Positions 16,764 through 26,754 of a stretch of 41,596 nt of DNA are shown here, piece by piece. This stretch comes from Fibrobacteria bacterium (lineage in GTDB: Bacteria > Fibrobacterota > Fibrobacteria > UBA11236): contig JBGTHM010000036.1 in NCBI GenBank assembly GCA_041746255.1, positions 1-41,596 of the forward strand, given 5' to 3'. Made by a program: the position numbers and the translations under genes. The number at the start of each line of letters is the position of its first letter. Within the stretch, counting starts at the first letter, position 1. A model generated the notes under the pieces. It did not search any database. It saw only the letters and a program-made list of their open reading frames with translations, and had not been told where the DNA came from.

Positions 16764-19226
16764 TTAAAGGCCGTTCTTTACCAGACTGCGGATTGAGCGC
16801 CCAGTGGGTTCTTCCCATACCAGCCAGATACGCTCCAGAGGCCAGCGGTTGGCATCCAGAAGCAGCTTATCCCCTTGCCTGGTAAAGGCGTTTCGGTCCG
16901 CCAGCACTCGACCGTTTGAACCGTATACCCGCAGACTCCCTTCGGTGAGGCCTTCCGGCATCACCAGGAGAAATATACCCCGGCGGGGTTGCAGGACCAT
17001 TCCGGATGTATTCGCGGTGAATGCGGAGATCCCCGACGGGCAGTTAACCGTTGCTTCGGCAGGAACCCGACCGGAAGCGCAAGGCATATCCGTCACTTCC
17101 CAATCATAGAAGTAATAGAAGTAGCCGTCCGATCCGGCATCCGTACCCGTGATGCGTACCTTGTCTTTAAGGAGATAGGGATACTTCGCCCCGCTTTCAT
17201 TGCGGAACAGGTCGACGGAGGCCGGAGCGCCCGTGATCTTGATGGCATACCCATTGGCTGGAAATATCGGTACTCCCAATTCCACCCGGCTTTGACCCTT
17301 GGGTAGGGACACGGTGCGTTGTGCGAAAATTTTACTGAAGGAGTCGAGTATTTCGATGTTACGGACGCCGGCGCTATTGGCATCGACCTTGACCGACTTC
17401 AGGACTACGGGACTTAAGACATCGAAATAAAGACGCCGTTCATCGTTACCCGAAAAATACCCTCCCGGCCCTATATCCAAACCGGCAGGTCCAAATTTTT
17501 GCGGAACCGGGGCGGCTCCCTGCACTGCCTGTACCCAATATGTGCGAGTAGTGTTGAGCGGCGGAGTGGCGAAGCTGGTTCCCACTCCGACGCGATTTCC
17601 GCCGATGGGTTGTTCATACCATTCCAAAGTGCCTGGACCCGAGGCGCTGAGATTCATGACGGTGGATTGGCAACCTTTCGCGCCAATGGTCGTGGGTGGC
17701 TGGGGGGCTTCTATACGTGCATAGGCATTTTTGGTCTCCACATCTTTGCCATAGGCGTTTGTCGTCGTGAGACTCACGGTATAGGTTCCGTTTTTCAGAT
17801 ACTGGTGTACGGGATTCCGTTCCTTCGAAGTGGCGCCGTCGCCAAAGTTCCAGTCCCATTGGGTGGGCGCATTGGCGGAGAGGTCTTGGAACTGCCGTGT
17901 TCCGCGGCACGGATCCGCGTCAAGCATGGCGAAATCACTACTAGGCGGGGCGGCACAGCTGCTGAGACACTTGCGGCTATTCTTATGCGCCACGATAATG
18001 TCTATGCTGCCTTGGTCCCACTGATCGTTTTTCCCGGTTATGCTGGGATTCAGGATGTATTTGGCATTATTAATGTGGGGAGCGCCGAAATTATGCGCCA
18101 GCTCATGCGCTTGGTCGATCATCATGGTATAGGCGCTATTCGTATAGTCGCGGACCACGCTCGTGTTCCGGTCCAAATTGCAAACCACGCCTGTCGATAA
18201 TCCCTGGCCTCCATAGGCAAGGCCGACTTGGCCACCACCTATGGAGCTGAACCAAACCGTCGCCGCATCGTACTCGACTCCGAAACCGCCTTTTTTCGCC
18301 CATGCGGCCAGACCTCTAAGCAAGGCATTGAAGTCGCCCGTTTTCCCCCAGGTGCTGAGATTTTCGGTTTCCACGACCAGCTTCGCAACTCGCAGCTCTA
18401 TATTGATGCGGGGGTCGGCGTAGAGTTCCTTGACCATGTTGAAGACGCCAAGAACTCGGGCTTCAACCCCGGCCACGGTTTTGTAGCGTCCCATCATGGA
18501 AAAATCGGCTGCCATGCCCAATTCCAGAACCGCGCATTCGTTCGCGGCGGCGGGGGCAACGATGGGGGAGGATTTCTGCAAACTCATACCGGCTCCCGCG
18601 GGGGCAATCACACCCTCGGGATGGATATGGGCGCCGTCTTCCGCAGTGAAGGCACAGGTTGCCTCTGTCGTTATTCTGGCTCCATCGGGCCTATAGACCA
18701 CCAGTAAACCGGGTTCGGCATCGGGATGATAGAACCCGGCCGACTCCATGAACAGTAAGGAGTCTCCATCGCGTACGGTGCCTGTAATGGCATCCTGCGC
18801 CAGCACCAGGCGCACACGGCTATCCGGGCGTCCTTTCAGGCGGCCACGGTAGGCTGCAAGTGACCCAGGCGTGGCGTCCTCAAGGCCATTCTTGGTAATA
18901 ACCTGTAACTGATACCCGCGAGACCTTACGTCATCCGGTTCCAGTTCCAAATCCAGCTCCGTGTCCCCCAGGCGCATTTGCAACCTGCCTCCCGCGGACT
19001 TGGAAAGAGGGCCTCCACTTTTGGCGAAATCGCCGGACCAACGATAAACCTGGTACTCTCGCAAAGCAGCATCCAGGTTACCTTTGAGATCGCCCTGTAC
19101 CTGCACTTCCGCCGCGAGCGCGACCTGTCCGCCGGCAAACGCCTGTGGAGAGAAAATGGGAAGAAGAAACACGGCTATGAAAAGGGCCGTTGCGGGTATA
19201 CGGGTTTTTGGGGTTCCCGTAGGCAT
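16764..19226 (-). CDS. Secreted M12B/reprolysin-like zinc metalloprotease with propeptide, PKD, Ig-like domains and C-terminal sorting-like tail
   Basis: Signal peptide ending AFA-G from ATG 19226; propeptide Cys ('ATCAF'); HELAHNFGAPH; PKD 'WDWNFGDG.TS..RNP.H.Y...GTY.VSLT'; Ig 'LEWY....GG....GTSFATP.L..TRTYWV'; tail 'LRVYGSNGR'. Confidence 0.88.
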   Translation of the reverse strand: MPTGTPKTRIPATALFIAVFLLPIFSPQAFAGGQVALAAEVQVQGDLKGNLDAALREYQVYRWSGDFAKSGGPLSKSAGGRLQMRLGDTELDLELEPDDVRSRGYQLQVITKNGLEDATPGSLAAYRGRLKGRPDSRVRLVLAQDAITGTVRDGDSLLFMESAGFYHPDAEPGLLVVYRPDGARITTEATCAFTAEDGAHIHPEGVIAPAGAGMSLQKSSPIVAPAAANECAVLELGMAADFSMMGRYKTVAGVEARVLGVFNMVKELYADPRINIELRVAKLVVETENLSTWGKTGDFNALLRGLAAWAKKGGFGVEYDAATVWFSSIGGGQVGLAYGGQGLSTGVVCNLDRNTSVVRDYTNSAYTMMIDQAHELAHNFGAPHINNAKYILNPSITGKNDQWDQGSIDIIVAHKNSRKCLSSCAAPPSSDFAMLDADPCRGTRQFQDLSANAPTQWDWNFGDGATSKERNPVHQYLKNGTYTVSLTTTNAYGKDVETKNAYARIEAPQPPTTIGAKGCQSTVMNLSASGPGTLEWYEQPIGGNRVGVGTSFATPPLNTTRTYWVQAVQGAAPVPQKFGPAGLDIGPGGYFSGNDERRLYFDVLSPVVLKSVKVDANSAGVRNIEILDSFSKIFAQRTVSLPKGQSRVELGVPIFPANGYAIKITGAPASVDLFRNESGAKYPYLLKDKVRITGTDAGSDGYFYYFYDWEVTDMPCASGRVPAEATVNCPSGISAFTANTSGMVLQPRRGIFLLVMPEGLTEGSLRVYGSNGRVLADRNAFTRQGDKLLLDANRWPLERIWLVWEEPTGRSIRSLVKNGL

Positions 19227-19323
19227 TTTCCCCCAAGTACAACAAAGAATTTGTGAAATCATAAGCATTATCTTACCCCCATGTCCGTATGACTGGATAG
19301 CAAGCTAATGCCTGGAAAAAGGG

Positions 19324-19374
19324 TTTGCAGCAAAAATTAAAGGCAAAAATGGATTTTTGCAGCAAAAAATTAAA
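19324..19374. promoter_or_regulatory. Tandem palindromic direct repeat, candidate operator for the protease gene
   Basis: TTTGCAGCAAAAATTAAA (19324-19341) and TTTGCAGCAAAAAATTAAA (19356-19374), 32 bp apart, each with dyad TTTGC-A-GCAAA. Confidence 0.55.
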
Positions 19375-19398
19375 CGCTGGTAGGGATGTCGCCGCGCG

Positions 19399-20835
19399 TC
19401 ATACCCCTCGAAAGGCTCGGAAAGCGTTCCGCAGTAGTCCCAGTCCCACCCGATAACCCGGAATGGAAGCGAAGGCTTCACGGGAAGAGACCATGGGTTT
19501 CTCACCGAAATCCGCCAGGCGGGTGAAAAAGAGCAGATAGGTGGCCATGCGCATTCCGGCAGAGAGTAAAAACAAGGTTTGCAGCGGCCAGGTGAAAATC
19601 ACGGGTACGCGCGTGGCCAGATACCCGCCGATAAGCGTCATCACCAATATGGCGCATCCGGTGAAGGCGGATGCCAGGGCGATATGGCGGTTCTGGTTTT
19701 TTCTACCCGCCGCATGGAGGAGAAAATTGAAAGAAGCCAAATTGTATCCCGCCCAGCTTATGCCGCCGAAGACATTGATGATCCAAATCGGCAGAGGGTC
19801 GTGAAAATACAAGCTGGGCAAGGGCACCAGGCATACGAGCAGACCGGATATGCGCAATGTCATTCGATTGCCGTATTTGTCGGAGAAGCGCCCCCAAAAG
19901 GGTAGGGACATGATTGAGCCGATCACCGTACACACCGCGGCTATGGCAAAGGTCAGATAATTGAAGTGGAGATCACGTAAATACCAAACACCGAAAAACG
20001 GGCCTACGAGCGCGGCCGCGCCTTGAAAGGATGCCGTGGCTCCCGCATAGGTGAGAAAATCGCGCGAAGGTTTGAACCAGATGGCGGTGCGGTCCTCTTC
20101 CGTCCCCTGTGGGGGCGGTTCATGCTGCTTTTCCATGCAGCGCATGGACAAGTATCGTAAGGCCCCGGCCAATCCGAAAACCACGGCGAAGAGAAGCCAG
20201 GGCGCGCTTTGCGAGGTGAAATTTCGGGCGAGCAGTCCTGCGGTAAGCGAAACGGAGAGATGCGACCAGGCGAAAAAGGAATTCCGCCAGGCGAAATGCC
20301 TTCCCCGGATATGGGAGGGGACCAGATCGCCCATCCAGGCCACCCACAAACCGGCGACGGTGTTTCCGAAAAACCCGGAAAGCACAAAGGCGGCGAGATA
20401 TCCCCAAACGGCATAGGGCTGGGGAAGCCATCCCATAAATCCGGTAAGGAATAGGCAGACACTTTGGAGTTGTACTCCTATCAGCACGTAGTATTTGCGT
20501 CCGCGTTTGGGGTTGATGAGTCCGGGCAAAAAGAATTGCCCCAGCGAACCCAAAAATAAGGGGAGACAACTGAGCAGGGCGATGGCCATCACCGGGGCGC
20601 GTAAGGCGACGGCGGCCGCAATGGCGAAGGTTTCCGCCAAGGCCAACATCGCATTGGAAAACATGCCGTCCCATAGGCTGAAAATCAGGGAACGACGCGT
20701 TTCGGGGGAACCGACGGGAATGCCGCCCACGCTTGTTTCGACGCGAGGTGCTAGTGGCTTCCGAGCATCCGGTACATGCTGAGGCGAACCTGGAACGGTG
20801 GGAGATGGGGGAGTCGGAGTATCGCGTTCGTCCAT
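19399..20835 (-). CDS. MFS transporter
   Basis: About 12 hydrophobic segments; 'W..WMGDLVP..IRGR.F..R', motif A 'WGRFSDKYGNR'. Confidence 0.88.
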   Translation of the reverse strand: MDERDTPTPPSPTVPGSPQHVPDARKPLAPRVETSVGGIPVGSPETRRSLIFSLWDGMFSNAMLALAETFAIAAAVALRAPVMAIALLSCLPLFLGSLGQFFLPGLINPKRGRKYYVLIGVQLQSVCLFLTGFMGWLPQPYAVWGYLAAFVLSGFFGNTVAGLWVAWMGDLVPSHIRGRHFAWRNSFFAWSHLSVSLTAGLLARNFTSQSAPWLLFAVVFGLAGALRYLSMRCMEKQHEPPPQGTEEDRTAIWFKPSRDFLTYAGATASFQGAAALVGPFFGVWYLRDLHFNYLTFAIAAVCTVIGSIMSLPFWGRFSDKYGNRMTLRISGLLVCLVPLPSLYFHDPLPIWIINVFGGISWAGYNLASFNFLLHAAGRKNQNRHIALASAFTGCAILVMTLIGGYLATRVPVIFTWPLQTLFLLSAGMRMATYLLFFTRLADFGEKPMVSSREAFASIPGYRVGLGLLRNAFRAFRGV

Positions 20836-20942
20836 GGATTGAACCGCAAGACCCGGTTATTCGGGCCGAGGGGCGGGTGCGCGTATTATAGCGAATATGG
20901 AAGGGAAGAACCAGAGGCGGAAAGCTCCACCCTGGAAAAAAA

Positions 20943-22361
20943 TCAACGCAGAATTTTCGCTGCCATGGCCAGTTGCCGCTTAACCGATCCGCTTCCGGTT
21001 CCGCCCAGGATATTGCGCCTCTCGGCGGAATAAGCGAAGGTCAATTTCTTCCGGAAAGCTTCCCCGTCGGGGATATCCCGCCAATCCCGCGCCGGCAATT
21101 CCAAAAAGGAGACGCCTTGCGCGTCGGCTTTGCCGACCAGGGAGCCGACGATATGATGCGCATCGCGAAAGGGAACTCCCTTTTTGACCAGATAATCGGC
21201 GAGGTCGGTGGCAAGCATGCCGGGATGCATCTTGCTCTTAATGACTTCGGTTTTGAAGGCGAGCGTGGCCATGGCCCCGGTCATCACTTCCAGGCACAGC
21301 TCCATCGTTTCCACCGAATCGAACACCGGCTCCTTGTCTTCTTGCAAATCGCGTCCATAACACATGGGCAGGCCCTTGAGCACCGTAGCCAGACGTACGA
21401 AGTTGCCCAACAATCTCCCGGTCTTGCCCCTTATCAATTCCATGGAATCGGGGTTCTTCTTTTGCGGCATCATGCTGGAACCGGTGGTATAGGCATCGGC
21501 AAGGCGGAGGTAGTCGTATTCCTGCGACGAGAATAGCACGAAATCCTCGGCATAACGGCTTAGTGTCGTGCCCAGCAACGTCAAGGCGGAAAGCAGTTCC
21601 AGGGCGAAATCGCGTTGGGCGGTAGCGTCCATGCTGTTGGGAGACAAATCGGAAAAGCCCAAGCGCCGGGCCACCGCCTCGCGTTCATAAGGAAAAGCGG
21701 AACCCGCCAGGGCTCCCGAGCCCAGGGGCATTTGACACAGAGCATGATCCAGATTCGCGAGCCGGGTTTTGTCGCGCTCCAATATCCAGAAAAAGGAAAG
21801 GAGATAGTGGGCGATGGACACCGGCTGGGCCTGTTGCACATGGGTATATCCGGGCATCAGGTCGTTCTGATAGGCGGAAGCCTGGGCGTGTATGGCTTTT
21901 TGCAAGACGACGATTCGCCTTCGCAGGCTCTCCGATTTGTTCCGGCAATAGAGCTTGAAGGCCGTTGCCACCTGGTCATTGCGGCTGCGCCCGGTATGCA
22001 GTTTTTTTCCCAAGTCGCCCAATCGCTCGGTCAGGATACGCTCGACGGCCATGTGAATATCTTCGTCTTGAGGTTTGAACAAAGCGGAACCCTTCAATTC
22101 GATGTCCTCGCGTATTTGTTTCAACTCCTTGTCCATGGCCTTCCACTCCGAAGACTTCAGCACCTTGGCGGCGAGCAAACCCTGGGCATGGGCCAGACTA
22201 CCCTCGATGTCCTCACGGAACAGCTTTTTGTCGAAGTGAAGGCTAATGGAAAGCCTTTCCATGGAAGAGGACATGTTTTCACTGAAGCGCCCCTGCCACA
22301 TCTGGGCGGCTTTGCGGGTTGACGGGATCGCGCTGGATTTTTTGGTGGGGCGTTTGTTCAT
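20943..22361 (-). CDS. argH: Argininosuccinate lyase
   Basis: MWQGRF, EDIHMAVE, KLHTGRSRNDQVAT, MPGYTH.Q.AQP, PLGSGALAG, TGSSMMPQKKNPD, DLQEDKE, ATDLADYLVKKGVPFRDAH. Confidence 0.97.
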   Translation of the reverse strand: MNKRPTKKSSAIPSTRKAAQMWQGRFSENMSSSMERLSISLHFDKKLFREDIEGSLAHAQGLLAAKVLKSSEWKAMDKELKQIREDIELKGSALFKPQDEDIHMAVERILTERLGDLGKKLHTGRSRNDQVATAFKLYCRNKSESLRRRIVVLQKAIHAQASAYQNDLMPGYTHVQQAQPVSIAHYLLSFFWILERDKTRLANLDHALCQMPLGSGALAGSAFPYEREAVARRLGFSDLSPNSMDATAQRDFALELLSALTLLGTTLSRYAEDFVLFSSQEYDYLRLADAYTTGSSMMPQKKNPDSMELIRGKTGRLLGNFVRLATVLKGLPMCYGRDLQEDKEPVFDSVETMELCLEVMTGAMATLAFKTEVIKSKMHPGMLATDLADYLVKKGVPFRDAHHIVGSLVGKADAQGVSFLELPARDWRDIPDGEAFRKKLTFAYSAERRNILGGTGSGSVKRQLAMAAKILR

Positions 22362-22498
22362 GATTATTCCGGTTGAGCCGATGGAATTGCAAATATATTA
22401 ACGAGTGGCGTGCTCTGGAGCAGGTGGGCGGTGAATGCTCCAAATGTGGCGCGCACGCGGCGTTTACCGCATAAAATTGGTACAATCAATACCAGATC

Positions 22499-25400
22499 AT
22501 GGCATCCAACGAAGAATATCTCAATGATAACCCCCTATGGTACAAAGACGCCGTCATTTACCAATGCCATGTGAAAAGCTTTTTCGATGGTAACGGGGAC
22601 GGCATCGGTGATTTTGTCGGCCTCGCCCGCAAGCTGGATTACATCGAGGATCTTGGAGTCACCGCCATCTGGCTGCTTCCCTTCTACCCTTCGCCGATGC
22701 GGGACGATGGCTATGACATTGCCGATTATTATGAGGTGAACCCGCATTACGGCACCCTCGACGAATTCCGTGCTTTTCTTTCCGAGGCCCACCGCAGGGG
22801 TATCCGGGTCATCACCGAATTGGTGCTAAACCATACTTCCGATCAGCATCCCTGGTTTCAGAAATCCCGGCACGCGGAACCCGGCAGCATGTGGCGGAAC
22901 TTTTATGTGTGGAGCGACACCAAGATGCGTTATGCGGATGCGCGCATCATTTTCAAGGATTTTGAAACATCCAATTGGACCTGGGATCCGGTGGCGAATG
23001 CCTATTACTGGCATCGCTTCTATTTTCACCAACCCGATTTGAACTTCGACAGCCCGCATGTCCAGGAAGCCACCTTGCGCGTCATCGATTTCTGGATGGA
23101 AATGGGTGTCGACGGAGTCCGCCTCGACGCGGTCCCCTACTTATACGAGCGGGAGGGCGGTAATTGCGAGAATCTTCCGGAAACGCATGCCTACCTCAAG
23201 AAATTGAACGAGCATGTGCAAAGCCGCTTCAAAAACCGCATGTTGTTGGCCGAAGCCAATCAATGGCCCGAGGACGCCGTAGCCTATTTCGGCAAGGGGG
23301 ACGAATGCCAGATGGCTTTCCATTTCCCCCTGATGCCGCGTATTTTCATGTCCATCCAAATGGAAGATCGATTTCCCATTACGGACATAATGGAGCAGAC
23401 GCCCGTCATCCCTTCCAATTGCCAATGGGCGGTTTTCCTCCGCAATCACGACGAGCTAACCCTGGAAATGGTCACCGACGAGGAGCGGGATTATATGTAC
23501 CGGGTATATGCTCAGGATCCCCAAGCCCGCATCAATCTCGGTATCCGGAGACGCTTGGCGCCGCTGGTCGAAAACAACCGCCGTAAAATCGAACTCATGC
23601 ACGCCCTGCTTTTTTCCATTACGGGAACGCCGGTGCTTTATTACGGCGACGAAATAGGCATGGGGGACAATTTCTACCTGGGTGATCGAAACGGAGTGCG
23701 TACTCCCATGCAATGGAGCCCCGATAGGAACGCCGGATTTTCCCCGGCCAATTCGCAGCGGCTTTTTCTGCCCATCATCATCGATCCCGAATACCACTAT
23801 GAAAGCGTGAACGTCGATAACCAGGAGCACAATACTTCCTCGCTACTGTGGTGGATGCGGCGGAAAATCGCTTTGCGACGCCGCTACAAAGCTTTCGGCC
23901 ACGGCACGCTGGAGTTTATCTCCCCGGATAACCCGAAAATTCTGGCCTTCATCCGGAAATTCGGCGAGGAGGAAATCCTTATCATCTCCAATCTGTCGCA
24001 ATACCCCCAGGTGGCCACCTTGCAATTGGGACGCTATGCGGGATGCGTCCCAGAGGAGATTTCGGGCCAGAACAAATTTCCTCCCATCAAGAAAATCCCC
24101 TATACCTTCATGGTGGGGGGGTACGATTATTATTGGTTGGTGTTGAGGCGCCCGGCCGTGATAGCGGGAACGGAATCAGAACGGCTCATTCCCCAGCTCG
24201 CGGTAGGCGACTCCTGGCGGAATATCTTCCGTGACAAATACTTGAACGAATTGGAAGAAACCTTGCTCCCTACCTATTTGCGAACCTGCTCCTGGTTCGG
24301 AACCGGGATAAGGGGAATCCGGGAAGTACGTGTTCTGGAGAACCTGTCTCTGTCCTCGGCTGAAGATGGAACCGTACTATTACTGCAAGCGGAATACTTC
24401 GATCATCCGCGCGAACTTCTATGCCTTCCCCTGGCCTTCACTGCGGGAGTTGGCGCGTTGGAAGTGTTGGCCGAATGTCCCCAGGCCATTGTGGCTCGCT
24501 TGCAAGTGGGTTTGGAAGAGGGCGTGCTTTATGATGCGGTATTCGACGAGAGGATGCGCAGGGCCTTGCTGGCGCTCATCGAGACCGCCGGAGAAATCCG
24601 GGGAATCAAGGGGGTCTTGGCGGGAAAGCCCGCTTCCGGATCCCCCGCCCTTCGTGAGCCTGGCGCTCCCCTACCCACTTCAATTGTAGTCGTACCCGAA
24701 TCGAGAAATTCGGTAATGGTTTTCGAGAACACTTCGGTCCTAAAACTTTTCCGGCGTTTGGAACCGGGAATCAATCCAGACTCCGAGATGGTGCGGTTCT
24801 TCTCGGAAGAAACCGACTTCCGTCACGCTCCGGGATTTGGCGGAACCCTGGAATATGCCCGCCCCGGGGAAGCGCCGATGGTTACCGCCTTGATGGAGGC
24901 TTATGTTCCGAGCCAAGGCGACGCTTGGTTGCATTCCCTCAATGCCCTGAACCAATATGTGGAGCGGCTGCTGAGCCGACGCACCGAATTGCGGGAGTCC
25001 CCCAAACTTATCCGGTCATTATGGAAGCCGGAATCCGAGTCGCTCACCCGTTTCGTCGAGGAAATCATGGGCGGCGTCTATCCCGAGTTCGTCAGGCTTT
25101 TGGGAATCCGTACCGCCGAAATGCATTTGGCGCTTTGGCGCTCCACGCGGCCGGATTTCGCTCCTGAGCCGTTTACCCAACTCTACCAGAGGAGCGTTTA
25201 TCAAAGCATCCGCAATGGAGTAGGCAAGGCCTTGGTCGATTTGCAAAAAAACCTGTCCCGATTGACCCCCACGCTGCAAAAAGAGGCGCGTCATCTTTTA
25301 TCGCGGGAAAAGCAGGTTTTGCAACGCCTTTCCCCGCTTTTGGAACTCCGGTTTCACATAGATAAGACGCGCCTGCACGGCGACTATCACTTGGGACAGG

Positions 25401-25813
25401 TGCTGTACACCGGTAAGGATTTCGTGGTCATCGACTTCGATGCGCAGGCGGGCCGATCCTTGAGCGAACGCCGCCTGAAAAGGTCGCCTCTGCTGGACGT
25501 AGCGAGCATGATACGCTCCTTCCATTATGCGGCCTATACCGCTTTATTTCGGCATGTTACCGTTTCGCCCGAAGATCGACAGCTTCTGGAGCCGTGGATG
25601 GAGGCCTGGTTTCACCATATGGCGGGAATTTTTTGGCGCGCGTACCGCGATACGGCCGGCGAAACCCGTTTGTTACCCGTTTCTGAGGAGGCTCGCCTAC
25701 TCTTGAACGTTTTTTTGATGGAGCGCGAAGCCTGGGAATTGCGGGCCGAACTGAACAAACGGCCGGAATGGGCCGTAGTACCGATACGGGGCCTGACCGG
25801 ACTGCTGGATTAA
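22499..25813 (+). CDS. treS: Trehalose synthase TreS (GH13) fused to maltokinase (Mak/Pep2) domain
   Basis: WYKDAVIY, SP.RDDGYDIAD, LNHTSDQHPWF, RLDAVPYL, LLAEANQW, FLRNHDELTLE; C-terminal kinase 'LKLFRRLEPGINPD', 'RLHGDYHLGQVL', 'SPL.DVASM.RSF.YA'. Confidence 0.95.
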   Translation: MASNEEYLNDNPLWYKDAVIYQCHVKSFFDGNGDGIGDFVGLARKLDYIEDLGVTAIWLLPFYPSPMRDDGYDIADYYEVNPHYGTLDEFRAFLSEAHRRGIRVITELVLNHTSDQHPWFQKSRHAEPGSMWRNFYVWSDTKMRYADARIIFKDFETSNWTWDPVANAYYWHRFYFHQPDLNFDSPHVQEATLRVIDFWMEMGVDGVRLDAVPYLYEREGGNCENLPETHAYLKKLNEHVQSRFKNRMLLAEANQWPEDAVAYFGKGDECQMAFHFPLMPRIFMSIQMEDRFPITDIMEQTPVIPSNCQWAVFLRNHDELTLEMVTDEERDYMYRVYAQDPQARINLGIRRRLAPLVENNRRKIELMHALLFSITGTPVLYYGDEIGMGDNFYLGDRNGVRTPMQWSPDRNAGFSPANSQRLFLPIIIDPEYHYESVNVDNQEHNTSSLLWWMRRKIALRRRYKAFGHGTLEFISPDNPKILAFIRKFGEEEILIISNLSQYPQVATLQLGRYAGCVPEEISGQNKFPPIKKIPYTFMVGGYDYYWLVLRRPAVIAGTESERLIPQLAVGDSWRNIFRDKYLNELEETLLPTYLRTCSWFGTGIRGIREVRVLENLSLSSAEDGTVLLLQAEYFDHPRELLCLPLAFTAGVGALEVLAECPQAIVARLQVGLEEGVLYDAVFDERMRRALLALIETAGEIRGIKGVLAGKPASGSPALREPGAPLPTSIVVVPESRNSVMVFENTSVLKLFRRLEPGINPDSEMVRFFSEETDFRHAPGFGGTLEYARPGEAPMVTALMEAYVPSQGDAWLHSLNALNQYVERLLSRRTELRESPKLIRSLWKPESESLTRFVEEIMGGVYPEFVRLLGIRTAEMHLALWRSTRPDFAPEPFTQLYQRSVYQSIRNGVGKALVDLQKNLSRLTPTLQKEARHLLSREKQVLQRLSPLLELRFHIDKTRLHGDYHLGQVLYTGKDFVVIDFDAQAGRSLSERRLKRSPLLDVASMIRSFHYAAYTALFRHVTVSPEDRQLLEPWMEAWFHHMAGIFWRAYRDTAGETRLLPVSEEARLLLNVFLMEREAWELRAELNKRPEWAVVPIRGLTGLLD

Positions 25814-25884
25814 TTGCTATTCTATCCGCCTGTATCGATTGGATGGGTTCGCTGAAACCCAATCCCGGAACATAAAGGCGATTG

Positions 25885-26742
25885 ATGATGGACTATCGGA
25901 AACAATTTTTGGTCAAACCAGGGAGCCGGGTGCGGCTTGCCGATCTCGATCATTCGATTGCGCTCAAAGGTACGGAGAAAAAAAGCGCCGCATCCGAATT
26001 CGAGAAGCTGAAATCACGCATGGACGAACTGCAATTCCGACTCTACGCCGAAAGGAAGCATTCGCTCCTGATTTGCCTGCAAGCTCCTGATGCCGGGGGC
26101 AAGGACGGCACCATCCGCCACGTATTTGGGTCGATCAATCCCCAAGGTTGCCGCGTAGTCAGCTTTAAGGAGCCCTCTTCGGAAGAACTGGCCCATGATT
26201 TCCTTTGGCGCATCGGGCATCATACTCCCCGCAAGGGGGAAATCATGATTTTCAACCGATCCCATTATGAAGATGTGCTCATCGTACGCGTTCACGACCT
26301 GGTTCCGAAAAAAGTCTGGTCGCAACGCTACGAATTGATCAACGATTTCGAAAAACGGCTCGTCGCCAGCGGCACGCAGGTTTTGAAATTCTACTTGCAT
26401 ATCAGCAAGGACGAGCAGCTTCGCCGTTTCAAGAAGCGGCTAGAAGATCCCGAGCGCCATTGGAAAATCAGCGACGCGGACTATTCCGAAAGGAGGCATT
26501 GGAACGATTATCGCTCCGCTTATGAAGATGCCCTGAGCAAATGCAATACCCCGGATGCGCCGTGGTTCGTAATCCCCTCGGATGACAAGGCGTTTCGCAA
26601 TCTCGCCATTTCCAGTATCATCGTGGATGCCCTGGAAAAAATGGACATGCAATTGCCCAAGCCTACGGTGAACCTAGCCGAAATTCGCAAGAAGTATCAC
26701 GAGGCCGTGGGACGCAAGATGGCGAAGAAGGTTGAAAAATAA
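25885..26742 (+). CDS. ppk2: Polyphosphate kinase 2 family (class III-like)
   Basis: Walker A 'QAPDAGGKDGTI', 'NPQG', 'HDFLWR', 'FNRSHYEDVL', 'KFYLHISKDEQ', 'WK....D..ER..W', 'APWFVIPSD.K'. Confidence 0.93.
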   Translation: MMDYRKQFLVKPGSRVRLADLDHSIALKGTEKKSAASEFEKLKSRMDELQFRLYAERKHSLLICLQAPDAGGKDGTIRHVFGSINPQGCRVVSFKEPSSEELAHDFLWRIGHHTPRKGEIMIFNRSHYEDVLIVRVHDLVPKKVWSQRYELINDFEKRLVASGTQVLKFYLHISKDEQLRRFKKRLEDPERHWKISDADYSERRHWNDYRSAYEDALSKCNTPDAPWFVIPSDDKAFRNLAISSIIVDALEKMDMQLPKPTVNLAEIRKKYHEAVGRKMAKKVEK

Positions 26743-26754
26743 CCCCGTATCCGG

